DNA of 64,000 nt from positions 63,433 through 127,432 of the forward strand of contig JAURAI010000004.1 of assembly GCA_030829545.1 (NCBI GenBank). Reading direction: 5' to 3'. The stretch is from Poseidonia sp. (GTDB taxonomy: Archaea; Thermoplasmatota; Poseidoniia; Poseidoniales; Poseidoniaceae). A model generated the notes under the pieces. That model searched no databases, was not told the DNA's origin, and was given only the letters and a program-made list of their open reading frames with translations. Shown here in pieces: positions 63,201-64,000 of this stretch (position 1 is its first letter; each line of letters starts with the position of its first letter). Position numbers and translations under genes: made by a program.

Positions 63201-63235
63201 TCTCTCGGTGTAATCTCAACCCGCGTCATTGGCAT
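60218..63235 (-). CDS. purL: Phosphoribosylformylglycinamidine synthase subunit PurL with an N-terminal extension of about 230 aa that looks like two PurS-like modules
   Basis: The PurL core has QTWSEHCKHKIF, HNSPSALDPYGGAMTG and DNGAGGLSSS. About 1005 aa is well above the roughly 730 aa I recall for stand-alone PurL (from memory, not checked). The start is set at ATG 63235. Confidence 0.9.
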   Translation of the reverse strand: MPMTRVEITPREGEGMRDVRGDVVRRQLHADHGCNVQRVRSICGYLIQGQTSAEAIAARVDDLFADPIIEHGAANSLFLSTDLFEQIPDMVVTVGFKPGVTDNPGKAATDGYLTLFPEDTEAKISTYTTYAFYGAGDLDPTWLAGTLHNGLIERALVADSAACQAGTWPALDYPTPPEQVFIQPKTIDLECDDETLETISTEGLLALNLEEMHAIQAHYRDEEIRALRIKHGISPDAPTDVELECLAQTWSEHCKHKIFASRIHHVDHETGEDTVIDSLFKTHIMTPTHDMQKDVDWLLSVFHDNSGVIAWDDTWSVCMKAETHNSPSALDPYGGAMTGIVGVNRDILGTGLGARPIANTDVFCFGPPNWEGTLPDNLFHPSRVLRGVHAGVRVGGNESGIPTVNGAIVFDDRYIGKPLVYCGTVGIMPRHLPDGRPSHIKTPVAGDIVYMVGGRVGYDGIHGATFSSLELTEESPSSAVQIGDPITQKKMVDMILEARDEGLISCITDNGAGGLSSSIGEMAEYTNGCEIDLATVPLKQAGLSPWEILVSESQERMTVAVRPADQAAFEALAHLHEVEATPVATFTSTGMFHVRYGEETVAYLPIDFLHDGVPQLQLESEWTPPQQRPFVTPDDADHNELLTSMLQRPNIASKETWVRQYDHEVIAQTAIKPFVGVERDGPGDAGVIAPLHGDPHGLVISCGIAPRYSDIDAGAMAAAAIDEAVRNAVCVGLDVDKMAGLDNFCWPDPIESVKTPDGRFKLAQLVRANRELERVCRAYRLPCVSGKDSMKNDYGSGKEKISIPPTLLFSLFGDHPDVRNSATSDFKDAGDRIYLVGNSQQELGASELSFMMRERNSDNGIGGNVPLLLHPEKNLATYRQLSRTIHQGWVKTSHDCSEGGLAVALAEMCIGGRIGASIDIDGTGNGDLWARLWGESLGRIVVAVKPEHELDFLATMKGHPTTILGEVTASSVLEMVDGETALISSDVNALADAWKGTLDMTGGVA

Positions 63236-63299
63236 AGGATGCACCGTGCCCGTTGGGCAAGCGGATGTTGTTCCATGCGCTCTTTGTAGTCTGCGGCGT

Positions 63300-64000
63300 C
63301 TATTGTTCCAACATTTTTGCCAAGAAATGGCCTGTAGCACTTTCTGTAGCCTTTGAAATCTCTTCTGGCGTCCCACTTGCAATCAGTTGACCGCCGCGCT
63401 CACCGCCGTCTGGACCGAGGTCAATGACCCAATCGCAAGATTTCACCACATCAAGGTGGTGTTCAATGACGATGATGGTGTGGCCTTTATCTCGCAGTTG
63501 GTGAAGAACGCTGATCAATTTCGCAACGTCACTGAACGAGAGCCCGGTGGTCGGTTCATCAAGGATGTACACGGTGTGCTTATTGGGCATGCGTCGTAAC
63601 TCGCTAGCGAGTTTAACACGCTGGGCTTCCCCTCCAGACAGGGTGGTTGCTGGTTGGCCAAGGCGGACATAACCCAACCCTACGGCGTTAAGGGTGTCAA
63701 GAGTTCGATGTATCTTGCGATGATGTTTGAAGAAATCAACGGCGTCTGCGACCGGCATTTGCAGAACATCGTGGATATTACGTCCTTTCCACGTGACCTC
63801 CAAACATTCTCGTGTGTACCGTTTTCCATCACACACATCACAGGTAATCCAAACATCAGGAAGAAAATTCATTTCAAGTTTGATTGAACCCCCGCCACTG
63901 CACGCTTCACAGCGTCCGCCCTTGACATTGAAACTGAATTGCCCGAGTTTGTAACCCCGTTCCTTGGATAATTTGGTATCAGCGAAGAGTTTGCGGATTT
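63300..64000 (-). CDS. uvrA: Excinuclease ABC subunit A (UvrA), C-terminal part; the gene continues beyond the window
   Basis: Contains [41 protein letters not shown] (zinc finger), [12 protein letters not shown] and ILDEPTTGL. The frame is open to nt 64000. Confidence 0.9.
   Translation of the reverse strand, partial: IRKLFADTKLSKERGYKLGQFSFNVKGGRCEACSGGGSIKLEMNFLPDVWITCDVCDGKRYTRECLEVTWKGRNIHDVLQMPVADAVDFFKHHRKIHRTLDTLNAVGLGYVRLGQPATTLSGGEAQRVKLASELRRMPNKHTVYILDEPTTGLSFSDVAKLISVLHQLRDKGHTIIVIEHHLDVVKSCDWVIDLGPDGGERGGQLIASGTPEEISKATESATGHFLAKMLEQ

Overview
The window is a densely coded (about 90% coding) archaeal chromosome segment. All calls come from reading motifs by eye; no database search or structure prediction was run. 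Archaeal markers: topoisomerase VI B/A, RNA polymerase subunit P, ribosomal protein LX next to prefoldin alpha and FtsY, diphthine synthase, Trm5, replication factor C, GGGP synthase and a geranylgeranyl reductase. Together with a proteorhodopsin and four very large secreted proteins, this fits a planktonic marine euryarchaeote of the Marine Group II (Poseidoniales) type; that placement is an inference. Two tRNAs are present: Arg-CCU and Asp-GUC, both with encoded CCA. I saw no rRNA, CRISPR array, transposase or integrase. Many gene pairs overlap by 1-4 nt (5938, 16371, 21829, 24879, 30846, 60218), which suggests operons. The best lead is a gene (21829-22263) encoding two head-to-tail ubiquitin-like (ThiS/SAMP-type) units, each ending in Gly-Gly, with a 3-residue C-terminal cap. 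This polyubiquitin-like precursor architecture contains a 139-bp perfect internal DNA repeat. Other leads: a MamK-like actin with a coiled-coil partner; a bacterial-type HX4D acyltransferase operon in a genome that also encodes ether-lipid genes; a rhodopsin with a D-T-K motif; and surface proteins (about 22% of the window) built from LDL-receptor-A-like, thrombospondin-type-3-like, VWA and CARDB-like modules. Several start codons were moved from the ORF track to the first ATG compatible with neighbouring features.
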